Shown one piece after another: positions 35,479 through 46,749 of a stretch of DNA of 46,749 bases. Origin of the DNA: Octopus bimaculoides (lineage: Eukaryota); contig NC_068993.1 in assembly GCF_001194135.2 (NCBI RefSeq), forward strand, positions 24,382,612 through 24,429,360. Direction: 5' to 3'. The position numbers and the translations under genes were made by a program. Position 1 is the first letter of the stretch; each line of letters opens with the position of its first letter. The notes below the pieces were generated by a model. The model had not been told where the DNA came from and ran no database searches. It saw only the letters and a list, made by a program, of their open reading frames with translations.

Positions 35479-36798
35479 CTGAAAATACGAGATGACTACC
35501 AGCCATATGACATTCATTTGTACATTTGTTCGTTTATGGGTGCTCTGTGGTTAGATAATAATAATAATAACAATAGCAACAACATAGGCAACAATAACAA
35601 CAATAGCAGCAATGGCAGTGACAACAACAATAGCAACATGAACAATGACAACAAAGCTTGTTATATTGAATCCGTGACCATTCATTTCTTCAATAGAAAA
35701 GTAGAAGACCATTGTGATTGGAAAACTATTTCCCCAAGTGTCAGAGGAAAAGGACAAATTTCACAATTATATTTCCCCATTTAATGGTTACTCCAACCGT
35801 TTCATGTACCTAAAAGTTTCAGCTGCATAATAAACTGCAATTCAATCGAAATCAATAATGTTAACATCTCAAGTATTCTTCAATTTAATAAATAGACCTA
35901 AATTAAATAGTTTTAATATTATTTATCTTAGGCTGAGTTTGAACAAAGTTTGTCTCGTTTTATGAGTTACCTAATTGCATTCAACGCCATTGTGAAACCA
36001 CGAATCTCTAAACGAATCTACTCAAGCTGCACTTGATCTCCAAGCTACGGGTATGCTAAGTGTCAAAAGATAAATGTTTCGAAAGTTTTGATTACTTCAA
36101 AAAGTTTTCTTTGAAAATGTAGTTGACTATTGTTTAGTAGATTCACTTTGTTTCAACCCATGCAATATATTTATTAGCTTTCATGATAATTCACAAAACT
36201 TTTGAGCATATATATTTTGCATATAAATAATTTTTAAATATGCAGCTATTTTCAGTCGATGATAAAGATTTTATTCGAATGTTCTGTGAGAAATCACGTT
36301 TGAAATATTTGAAAGACAGTAATGATATTTGTCAAATTAGGTTATGAAAATGAGTGCTGCTAAAATGATTGATTACCAGCAATTTTTTTTAATTTTAGAA
36401 TATAAGGATTTAAAAGCCATTCAATCATTAGTATTTGTGTTATGGTTGTGTTTAGTTTTTTTTAACTCATGAAGAAATCCAAACCATTCGTTGAATATTC
36501 TTTTGTTCATTTACGTGTTTCGACCATTAAACTGTGACCGTGTAGGCCACCATCTTCGAGAGTTTTAGTCAATTATTATCGACATTAGTGTTTATGTTAA
36601 AATCTGGTATTTACTCAATCACTCTCTTTTTGACTAGCTGCTAAGGGTGTGTAAACAAATGAACATAAGTTTCTAAGCAGTGAGAAACGAACACAAAACG
36701 CATTCACATATATACACATACGCACGCTCGCAGGCACATACACGTATCCATGTATTCGATCGTTTTCTACAGAGTTTCAATCTATCATATTCACTAAC

Positions 36799-36848
36799 AG
36801 ACCCTGTGCTGCTGTAGAAGTTCAAGGTGCCGTGCAGTAGAAGTGAAC
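36799..36848 (-). CDS. Candidate exon of an unrecognised host gene
   Basis: Acceptor gtgatttcAG, donor TCT|GTTAGT; 50 bp, FTSTARHLELLQQHRV; ends in phase 1, matching 35363-35478. Confidence 0.28.
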
Positions 36849-38299
36849 CTGAAATCACTAATCTAACTTCTTAAACACACAAGCTTGCCAGCGCCTGTTT
36901 TTAAGTTGTATCACCAGGTATAACTTTCTTTAATTTTGTTGTTGTTTCGATAAAAAATGTTTTACTGTTTTTGTGTGTGTACAATATTATTAAAAATATT
37001 GATGTGTTTTATGATAGTTGATAACATAACTCCACAACAATTGATACAGGCGTAAAAGCACAACGATATATTAAAGCACCAAAACCTAGAACAGAGTAAA
37101 TTAAAATTATAGAACAGAAAGGCTAATAATGGCTCTTGTTGTTAGAACTTATTTACAGATATTAATTAGAGATTTGTATAAATGTTTTACTTTGATGGAA
37201 GATGTGTGATTGTGTTTATCTGACAGTGATTTGGCTGTTATTTTTATAGAAGCACTGTCCTTGGTTCAATTTTGCCTTGCAAAATTGCTCTACTGTTATC
37301 AAAGTCAAGACAGTGTTTTAATGTTTTTCCTAATAATAATTTTAAAAATTCATGTCCATTATAGACGATCATATGTATCATCTCTGCCTACTTCGGAAAC
37401 ACTCTTTAATTATATTGTTTTCTTTAAATTTACACAAAATCCATATTTAAGCTCAACCATATATTGTCAATAAATTCTACAATATTCTAAATAATAAAAT
37501 GTTATGAGATGTTATTTATGTAGCTAATGTACTAATGTGTAACATTGTTGTACTTTAACACAATTTAAGACGGTTTGAAATGTAGAATGGAGATAGAAAA
37601 TTTTCAACAAGAAAGGTATCTAAAAATAGTACTTCATATATATTACACACACTTCATTCATCACTTATGACTGATACTACATTATTTATTTGTGGTTGCT
37701 GGGTCTGCTAGAAAATGCAGCTAAATTTCCCTAAAGTCTAGCGTCTGAATAAAGGTATTACTAGACAATCCACATTTACAATGACATCCATGCCCACACT
37801 CCAGTGTGCGCACACACGTGCGCGCAACCATGCATACACACACACACGCACACATATATATATATATATATATATGGATATATCTGAGCGTACACATATA
37901 TGTATATGCATACATGAGTGCATATATACATACATGCATATATGCATGGATACATACATTCATTCATACATACATACAAGCTTACATCATACATACATAC
38001 ACACATACATGCATACATATATGTTTGTAAATGGTGCGGCTTTGACACTGTGTGAAATGTGTGCTGACACTGTGTCCTATGTGTGCTGGTAATACAATAA
38101 GTAGATATTTCGCGTACAATGATACTTAGATTAAAGAACTAATACTTTACACCATGACATTTACGAAAGGTGTATTCAGTCAAGATTCGTGGAAACATGG
38201 AATAAAAACCATTTATTATTTATTTTATATGACAATTTGCAGTAAAATAACAATGTCTCTTCCAACGGGCCAACTAGTACTTCATTGTATATCTCACGG

Positions 38300-38582
38300 T
38301 GAAATTGTTAGCCAACATCTGTAAATGGGAGCAACGGTTTCGTTCGCCGAGCACCAGTTTTGTGATATTTACATTCCTTGTCACAATATATCGGCAAACA
38401 CACGCATACGCAAATACAATAGGCTTTTCCACAGGTTCCATAAACCAAGAGTCCTCTCACACGTTATTGGTCAACATGAAGCTTTAGTAAAATGCATATG
38501 TCTAAGATTTCGCGCAGTGTGATCGATCCTGGTATCACAAGATTACGTAACGAACTCCTCACCCGTACAGCCATTCTAGCGT
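38300..38582 (-). mobile_element. Old, degenerate OK-like SINE
   Basis: Minus strand ggctgtacgggtgaggag...cacactgcgcg...ttgaccaataacgtgtgagagg...ggaacctgtggaaaagcc is colinear with the head of 2908-3275. Confidence 0.55.
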
Positions 38583-39963
38583 TTAATATTTTCTGAAAAC
38601 CATATTGCCATAATAAATAACATACTATGATTTCACGGGATATTAATTTCTTTATTCTGCAGTACCATCACCATTATATTGTATGTTAACTATTTCTAAT
38701 CAATAAGATTACAAGAGCCAATATCTCTATGTTGGGAAATCAAATACTGATTGTCGGTTGGTAATGCACCACTGAAGAATGAAGCGGATAAGCTATATTT
38801 CATTATAATGGTTATATTGTGACATGATAAACTAAGATATTTACTATGGGAAATTAAATACCGTAAGTATATAATGTTATAGAGTTTACGATAGTATTTT
38901 AATTTTTTTATGTGTCCTATAAATTAATTAATAAGCCTGTTTATCAAAAGTCAGATTATGTATCTGAAGCGGCACAAGGTGACCGAAAATAAAAAAGGGA
39001 TTCAGGTGCAAATATGTAAAAATAAAAAAATGACGGTAGCGAGGAGAATACAACCGATTTCCTCAGAAGAGCAAAATGACTGCGTTAATGACAGTTTTAT
39101 CTTCAAACCATTTCTCTGGAGGACTGAGATAAATAAGATTGGAAATTATCTAGATAATTAATGGCTGATCACTCAAGGAAACAAATGTTGAAAAGAATTT
39201 CAGTTTAGTCGGTATTGTCATCTCTTGCTTCAATATGAAACATAACAATATAATTAGAATTTCCATCTAGATGTGAATTTGAATTGTTTCTTGTATCTCT
39301 CAAATATTAGAACTGTTATAAATGTTTAAGAAATCTACTAACACATATCACCAGCACGTTTTCTATTAAGGGTGAAAAACAAGCCATTATTTTGTATCTT
39401 ATCACCCGCTTCCTCGGCGCAGGTATTCGAATTGTATTCCGCTATGTTACACCCTGAGTAAGTATCTATGTTTGGCTGATTAAAGACTTCTGTACAAAAT
39501 TTTGTTTAGCTGAAACTTTGTGGAAAATGTGTGTATGCATGGTTGCTGCCGTGGTGAGGCTTATAAGCCAATGCAAGCTTTGTCGTTGTAGGCTAAACGG
39601 GTAACATCACCAAGTTTCATTGATGAGACAATGAATTTACGGACACAGTCAAGAGATAAAAGAACTGAATGAACGCAGAAGAAATAAGATCAATACAACA
39701 AAATGCTACGGATTAGATATTACCTAAAATCTGTAGAGATACGACAAATAGTAGACATTCCACGGATTGTCACTCCAAATTAGTACTTTTCCCTGAATGA
39801 CGCAAGTAAGTTTTAATCGGTATCTTCTCATTTCTGAAGTTATTCCATCCCTAAAAACACACAATAAATGATGCGAGAAATTGGAGAAAATGAATATTAT
39901 TTTTTAGAAGCAAATGAATTAACAGTAAACTTTAAGAAAATATTCATTATCATTATTCCATAT

Positions 39964-40183
39964 AGAAGGCGGTGAGCTAGCAGAATCGTTAGCGCGACGG
40001 ACAAAATATTTACCGGCATTCCGTCCATCTTTACGTTCAGAATTTAAATTCCACCGAAGTCGACGTTGCCTTTCATTCTTTCGAGGTCGATAAAATAAGT
40101 ACCAGTCAAGCACTGGTAATCGAACTACCCCAGCCCCAGGAATTGTTGGCCTTGGGCCAAAATTTGAAACCATTATTATTATT
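39964..40183 (+). mobile_element. tRNA-derived SINE, near full length with (ATT)n tail
   Basis: Same family as 33390; ends GGCCTTGGGCCAAAATTTGAAACC(ATT)n. Confidence 0.88.
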
Positions 40184-40882
40184 CCATATAAATTCATTAA
40201 ATTTAAGTGAAAATTTCAATGCACGTATATTTGGTTACTTAATTCTTGATGCCTTTGACGTGAAGGCAAGTAATTCATAATAGAGCTGCTAATATTTGAT
40301 AACCCTTTCTTCCTAGAAATGTAAATGAAAGTATGCTGTAGTCTTCACAGTAACTCTAAATTTGAAATTCTGCATAAATTTGAATGTGATTAAAAAAAGT
40401 GTCGAATAATTTTTATTGTTATTTTATTTTATTTTATTCATTTTTAACATTTGACCCCTACGCCCACAAAAAAATGTAAATTTAAGGTTTAGATCAAGAG
40501 AATAGAAACAGACGTTGTAGAAACACGAGGCTGAATACTTTTGAAATATCAATTAGAAACGTTTAACAGTGGTCATTGAATCGAGAAGATTAATTCACGA
40601 TTTGGAGAAGTTCCATAATTCTAAATTTGATCATAAGAAAATTATAATTAGCAACTTTAATTTAAGAATTTATTACAAGTTTGCATGCCATGAAAGTTGG
40701 TATTTATTTCCACTTTAAACAGTTTTAAGCTTTGATAACCAGATTTAATTCGAAAAACGAGACGAAGGTTAATACAGATTTAAACAGAATGACCTGGCAA
40801 TTGTAAATTATAACTTTTAACCTATAAAATCATAAATTAACATATCAAATTACTCTTATTGATATATTTCTTAAATGTAGAA

Positions 40883-41112
40883 CAATGGTCTTCAAGTGGG
40901 GTCCATATAAGGTTTTGTTGTTAAAATTTATGCGTAATAAATTGCTTATATTTCTACTATACATAAGATGTTATGACATTTTTTATGCAATTCCTAATAA
41001 TATTTTACTTATGAAAATATAATAGGATTTTTAAAATATTGAATGGTGGGGTCTATTCGAGTAAAATAGGGATCAAAGGGGTCCATAGGTAAAAAGTAGT
41101 TGAGAGACACTT
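40883..41112. mobile_element. hAT-type MITE
   Basis: Imperfect inverted ends CAATGGTCTTCAA and TTGAGAGACACTT; 8-bp flanks ATGTAGAA and CTGTACAA (6/8 identical); GGGGTCC motifs near both ends; non-coding. Confidence 0.6.
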
Positions 41113-42996
41113 CTGTACAAAATAAAAATTAAACTAATTTCATAAACTGAAATATATTACGTTTATGCGCCAGGGTTACGTTATAATTTGCACTTACAAT
41201 TCACAACAGTTTTTTTTTTATTATACTTCAATCGTACACTACATCGCTTCATATTTAAAGAAATACCTCTGTGTAGTTGCATGCCATACTAAAAATAGCA
41301 TTCATAGGCCTCTAAATTCCACATAACCGTCTTGAAAATGAGAGGAAAACACCAAATAATGTAATTCTAGATATACATTGCTCAAGACAATGAAATTAGA
41401 AATTAGGCGCTTCGAGTATCTTCTATCATAAGTTTGTTAAACAACAACAACTATTAATTTGCTATATCGTTACCTTATAAAACTTTCCTAAACTTCCACT
41501 GTAACAGAGCTGCTAGAAATAAGAAAGAAAACTCCCTCATATCACACCCTGTCGTCATGAAAGAAAACAAAAATGAATTAAATAATGTAGCCTTAGATGC
41601 AACAAGCGTAAAAACTATTTTAGGGGATGGTCACGGGTGGAATGCACTTAATCTATGCGGTTGATTGACTTGCTAAAAATAGCAGCCAAATTTCTTGTAA
41701 TTTTCAACGTGCTGCAAGTGAAAAACTGGTTAACGTAATCCATAAAATGTGATTTACAAAGAGATGAGACAGTCTCACCTTAACTACCTTTTCATCGTAG
41801 TTATGTTTGATCAGCGTTGACCTGGGGGTAAATATCTTTATAGATCCAGGAGACTGACAAAGTAAACTTTAACTTAGAAACTGAAGAAACTAGAGAAAGC
41901 GAAATGGAAAATATTAAGAATTTTAGTGCGAATAATTGTTTCTTTCACGTCAGTATTATTCAAGAGCGAAAATGTTGGGATTATCCAAATTGCTCAGAAA
42001 GAGTAATTTGGATTATGTACAGAAATAGATTTATCACTTACTGGATGAAGCCACGTCAGTCTGTACTTACTTAAACAACGCCTTTTACATTGCACTGCAC
42101 TACAATAAATTACAATAAAAAGAGAGACGCCAATACCTCATCACTTACGAAATTTTATCCATCCTGAAAGCCGGTTTCAAATCTTGCCTAAAAACAATTT
42201 TTACGGAAATAAGAAGCTTCACTATTATCCACGTATTTCCCGTAGATTTGGAAGACGAATACAAGTAATTAAAAGAAAATTATACAGACCAAGCCAAATA
42301 AAGGTGTTTAAATGATCACCGAACAGTTATAACAACAGTCAAACCTTTCCTACGACAAACCTTTCTATCATCAACGGCACAACAGACTGACACACCTACC
42401 ATTGAAATTAAACAAACACTATTATAAAGACCCAAATTATCGGTAGAGCCATTTCTAACAGAAGACTATGAGAAATCGTATAATTAATCATTACATAACA
42501 ATACATACATTAACCTAAGTACCTCAGAACGTTTAGAAGGAAATCATCTAAAATAAGACAACATTAATACAAACATAATAAGACATCTTAAATGTTAAAC
42601 TTGCTAGAAATATATGGGCAATTCGCAGACACAACTCGATATTCACACACATAACGGAATAGTCAAGCCCCATTCCAAAAATACACAAAATAATTAATAA
42701 ACAGAACAAAACAAAGGTAGGAATTATCAACGAAGATATACCAAATCAGAAAGAGAAATTTGGATACACCTGGATACACCTCTAAAAATGCATAAAAAAT
42801 TACAAGATCCTCACAAGGGTCTACACCACGTCAGATTTCAGCAAATATTCCTTTACGCTAATAGCAAATAAAATCTTTATGAAACAACTTCTAAAATTAG
42901 AGTAAGGGAGCGTGAGTGTGAGAGAAGAAGAGAAAAAGGAAAAGCTGGAGATTAATTAACTGGAGACGGCTTTCGTCGTCATTCATCCTTGTTCTC

Positions 42997-43178
<182 letters not shown>

Positions 43179-43547
43179 CCATTCATATCACTTTTGGATA
43201 GTTATCTGATTACCCTGAGTTAACAATCCGTGTACTATTCAAACTCCACATCAAACGATTATGTATACAATTCTTTTCTTCTTCACCGACCGACACAAGT
43301 CGGTAAAAATTGACCTATCCAATATTACTACTTTGTGGTCACTGAACATTATCATTCCTTCTCACATTAACTAATAATAATAACTGCTTCTAACATAGGC
43401 ACAACGCTTGGAATTTGGAAGGAGTTGAGAAGCAGATTATATCTATTCCTATAATTCATCTCCCAAGGATTTGATACCTGACTGTAAATAGCGGAAACGA
43501 ATATCACAAAAGTCTAACAATTCTTCTAACTTAGGAGTCAAATTAAT

Positions 43548-43706
43548 TGTTTCTGATTTTGGCAGAAGGCCAGCAGTTTTCAGGTAGAGGGGTTTAATCG
43601 ATACCATCGCTTCCAGTACTCAACTAGAATTATATTATAGTGACCCAGAAGACAGAGTTGATATGGTTGGAATATGAACTCAGAACATAATGAGCTGGAA
43701 TTCAGC
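43548..43706 (-). mobile_element. Degenerate SINE (family of 33390)
   Basis: ttttggcagaaggccagc...aatcgatacc..ccagtactcaact...tgaactcagaacataa. Confidence 0.6.
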
Positions 43707-44589
43707 ATCCATTTTAATAAAATCAATGTCAGGTATGACAATCTTATTTAAATACCAAATATATAAATGATATCTGTCATATCAAGAATAAACAAAGGTT
43801 CTTTACATGCTAGAGCAAAGGAGAGTCAAAGCTTCTCTTCTTTATGGTATACTATTCAATATGATTACTAGCGTGTAAAATTGTTCATTAGTCTAATATT
43901 TAAAGTTATAAACTACTTATCTGTTCAAAAACCTAACATAAGAGGATAGCAATAAGATTTACAAATCTTAGCAATCAGATAAAAGTTGGGTAATAATGAT
44001 TACTTTTAACAAAAGCTCTTGCAATATACCGGTCACGAATTAGTTCTAAAATGTTCGGCTGCAAAACTAACTCATTGTCTTCTCTTAAATATTATCCGCT
44101 CACTGACAGCACCGAACGAAAGTAGCAAGTGTGCGTTCATCTCAAAATCTTTAGTGGGTATTATTGCGTAATTTTCAGTCTTATAGAAACTTAGAATTAT
44201 TTGGTTGTATGAGGAAATGATAACATTTTATTTGCTTTTCATTTGCAACGACTTCATAATATGCTGCATAAGAATATAGCTGTTTAGTCCACGATACTTA
44301 ATTTTATTTAAAGAAAAACTAGAAGCAATTGATAATTCGTATTACTATAAGCGGGATACAAAAACGTACAGAGCTAGTAATAGATAATGTTTCCCTTTAT
44401 ATAGCGAATAAGGTGGGTGGTGAAATGCTTGATACTGTCTAGTGCCAGTACAAATTACTTAAATTAATGTAAATAGCTTTGTCTCTTGTATCACTGGGTA
44501 GATCATAGAAATATAGTCTGAGAGAAATAAACTTTAAGAAATAATGCACTACTACTACTACTATTACTACTTGTAGTAATGGTAATAAT

Positions 44590-44804
44590 TTTGTCTACTA
44601 AAGGCAAATAACCATAAATTTTGTGGGGGAGAGGGCTAGTTGATTACATCGACTTCAGTATTTAACTGGTACTTATTTTATTCACCCTGAGAAGATGCAC
44701 GCGAAAGTCGACGTCGGAGGAATTTGAACTCAGAATGTAAAGACAAACGATATGCCGCTAATCATTTTGTCCGGCGTGTTAATTATTGTGCCAGTTCGCT
44801 GCCT
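44590..44804 (-). mobile_element. SINE (family of 33390)
   Basis: Reverse-complement match including gtcgacgtcggaggaatttgaactcagaatgtaaagac. Confidence 0.82.
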
Positions 44805-44867
44805 AAACATCAACAACATAAACGACAAAAACAGCAGCAACTACAACAGTAGTAATAATAAGAATAA

Positions 44868-45072
44868 TGCTTTTTACTATAAGCACAAGGCCTGACATTT
44901 GGAGGGAGGGGACTAGTCGATTACATCGACCCTAATATTCAACTGGTACTTATATCATCAACACCGAAAGGCAAAGTCAACTTCAGCGGAATTTGAATTC
45001 AGAACATAAAGACGGACGAAATGCCGCATGGCATTTTGTCCAGAGTGCTATCAAGTTTGCGAGCTGACTGCC
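44868..45072 (-). mobile_element. SINE (family of 33390)
   Basis: Reverse-complement match: gcacaaggcc...gtcgattacatcgac...gaatttgaattcagaacataaagacggacgaaatgccgc. Confidence 0.82.
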
Positions 45073-45118
45073 AGCAACACCAGCAACAATAACAGCAGCA
45101 GTAACAACAACAACAACA

Positions 45119-45182
<64 letters not shown>

Positions 45183-45560
45183 GATGCTAGATCATAGATA
45201 TAGCATGCCCAGCTGACAACAAGGTATGCGAAAGGAAGAAAGAAAAGTCGATAGATATAACTTTTTAGCTTGGGAGGTTAAACAGTTGTGATCGATGAAA
45301 AAGTTGGTAGCAGTATCGATAATTATCGGAGCCCTGGAGAAGTACATGAAACAAATAGGGGCTACAATAATGGTGGAGTGCTTACAGAAAACAGCACTGC
45401 TTGGAACCACTCGAGTACTCCGGAGGGTGATCGAAAAATAAGGGGTGTTACCTTAGTTCAGAGGTAGTGAACAGCTGACACCGTAGTACATCTCCAACGT
45501 TAGAAGCTATGCAAAAGCAATAATAATAATAATAATAATAACAACAACAACAACAACAAT
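45183..45560 (+). mobile_element. R4/Dong-like LINE extreme 3' fragment inside (AAT)n
   Basis: IIDIACPADNKV, then a frameshift, VDRY..LAWEVKQL*, IIIGAL and LQKTALLGTTRVLRRV; 3' UTR and (AAT)n/(AAC)n tail. Confidence 0.82.
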
Positions 45561-45579
45561 AAATATTAATAATGATAAG

Positions 45580-45797
45580 TATAACCCTTTCTACTGGAAG
45601 CACAAGGCCTCAAATTTGGGGAAGGGATTAAGTCGATTAAATCGACCCCAGTGCATATCTGGTACTTAATTTATCGACCCCGAAAAGATGAAAGGCGAAG
45701 TCGACCCCGGTGGCATTTGAACTCTGAATGTGGCGGCAGGCGAAATACCGTTAACCATTTCGTCCAGCGTGCTAATGATTCTGCCAGTTGATCGCCT
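45580..45797 (-). mobile_element. SINE (family of 33390)
   Basis: Reverse-complement match: gcacaaggcctcaaatttgg...atcgaccccag...ccagcgtgctaatgattctgccag. Confidence 0.85.
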
Positions 45798-45870
45798 TAA
45801 CAACAACACCAGCAACAACAACAACAGCAGCAGCAGCAGCAGCAACAACAACAACAACAACAACAACAAC

Positions 45871-45927
<57 letters not shown>

Positions 45928-45928
45928 T
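45798..45928. repeat. (AAC)/(AGC)/(AAT)n compound microsatellite
   Basis: Read directly. Confidence 0.95.
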
Positions 45929-46261
45929 TTTTTCTATCAGTAGTTAAAAAAAGGACAAGGTGAATTGCTTCTTTTTAAGGCCAACGCTCTCATTGATCGC
46001 TAGTTGTAGTAAACACATTTAACCTCTACTGATCCAAAGAGTGTGAAATCTCTTTTGTCTCCTTATCGCGCAGGCATGTCCATTGCTCTCCTCCTCACTA
46101 TCTGCCCAATCTATTTACAGATCTGTAGAATTTGGTCTATCCACCAAACTGCTACTCTCCTACTATTCCCTTCAACTCTCACATATTTATGATTATCTCA
46201 AGTACAAGACAAAAGTTAAAACTAAACAACATTTCATAATACCGTTTAATAATAAATGGAA

Positions 46262-46296
46262 ATAGTAATAATAATAATAATTGTTGATGATAACAG

Positions 46297-46353
<57 letters not shown>

Positions 46354-46415
46354 GTAGTAGTAGTAGTAGTTATTATAATAATAATAATAATAACAACAAC
46401 AGCAACAACAACAAC

Positions 46416-46456
<41 letters not shown>

Positions 46457-46463
46457 CAACAAC

Positions 46464-46516
<53 letters not shown>
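46262..46516. repeat. (AAT)n with (AGT)/(AAC) interruptions
   Basis: ~250 bp of trinucleotide repeats. Confidence 0.95.
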
Positions 46517-46518
<2 letters not shown>

Positions 46519-46520
<2 letters not shown>

Positions 46521-46749
46521 TGACAATGAATCTCTAAATGCTGGAGATGTAAGAATTTCATGTGGCATTTTCCAGGGTGACTCACTATCACCACTCCCCT
46601 TCTGTCTAGCCTTAATATCTCTCTCCAAATTGCTCAATGATGCACAGTATGGTTATAAAATATTTGATAAAAATATAAACCATCTCATTTACATGGATGA
46701 TTTAAAGCTTTTTGCAAAGAATGATCAACAACTCAAAGGCCTACTACCG
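46519..46749 (+). mobile_element. R4/Dong-like LINE reverse transcriptase fragment, 5'-truncated, continues off the window
   Basis: 77 open codons: NDNESLNAGDVRISCGIFQGDSLSPLPFCLALISLSKLLND..INHLIYMDDLKLFAKND (QGDSLSP and YMDD at 46690-46701). Confidence 0.92.

Noticed and set aside
38299-38522. Overlapping 62-65 aa ORFs
   Set aside because: Better explained as the antisense reading of a decayed SINE.
41280-41830. Recurring CTA(A/G)AAATAGCAGCC-like motif at ~41289, 41512 and 41672
   Set aside because: Probably decayed repeat tails, too diverged to define boundaries or family.

Overview
AT-rich, microsatellite-dense eukaryotic genomic DNA with eight assembly gaps. The SINE repertoire resembles that of coleoid cephalopods (Octopus-like); this is recognition from memory, not a database result. 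I found no intact, recognisable protein-coding gene. Nearly all interpretable coding signal comes from decayed transposons: two different Penelope-like element fragments, an end-to-end piggyBac fossil (15374-17839), an internally deleted maT/mariner, two RTE LINE fragments, five restriction-like-endonuclease (R4/Dong-like) LINE fragments, a hAT-type MITE and about 15 tRNA-derived SINE copies from several families. Two clusters of phase-consistent minus-strand candidate exons (9.7-10.6 kb and 35.4-36.8 kb) may belong to an unrecognised host gene, so much of the window could be intronic. The most interesting structures are an (AAT)n-scaffolded retroposon chain at 44.5-46.7 kb, a tRNA-like unit between direct repeats with fold-back rearrangements at 10.9-11.4 kb, degenerate hammerhead-like motifs at 19.4-19.7 kb and a template-switch hairpin in a SINE at 32.6 kb. 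I cannot support a claim of a new biological system from this sequence alone.
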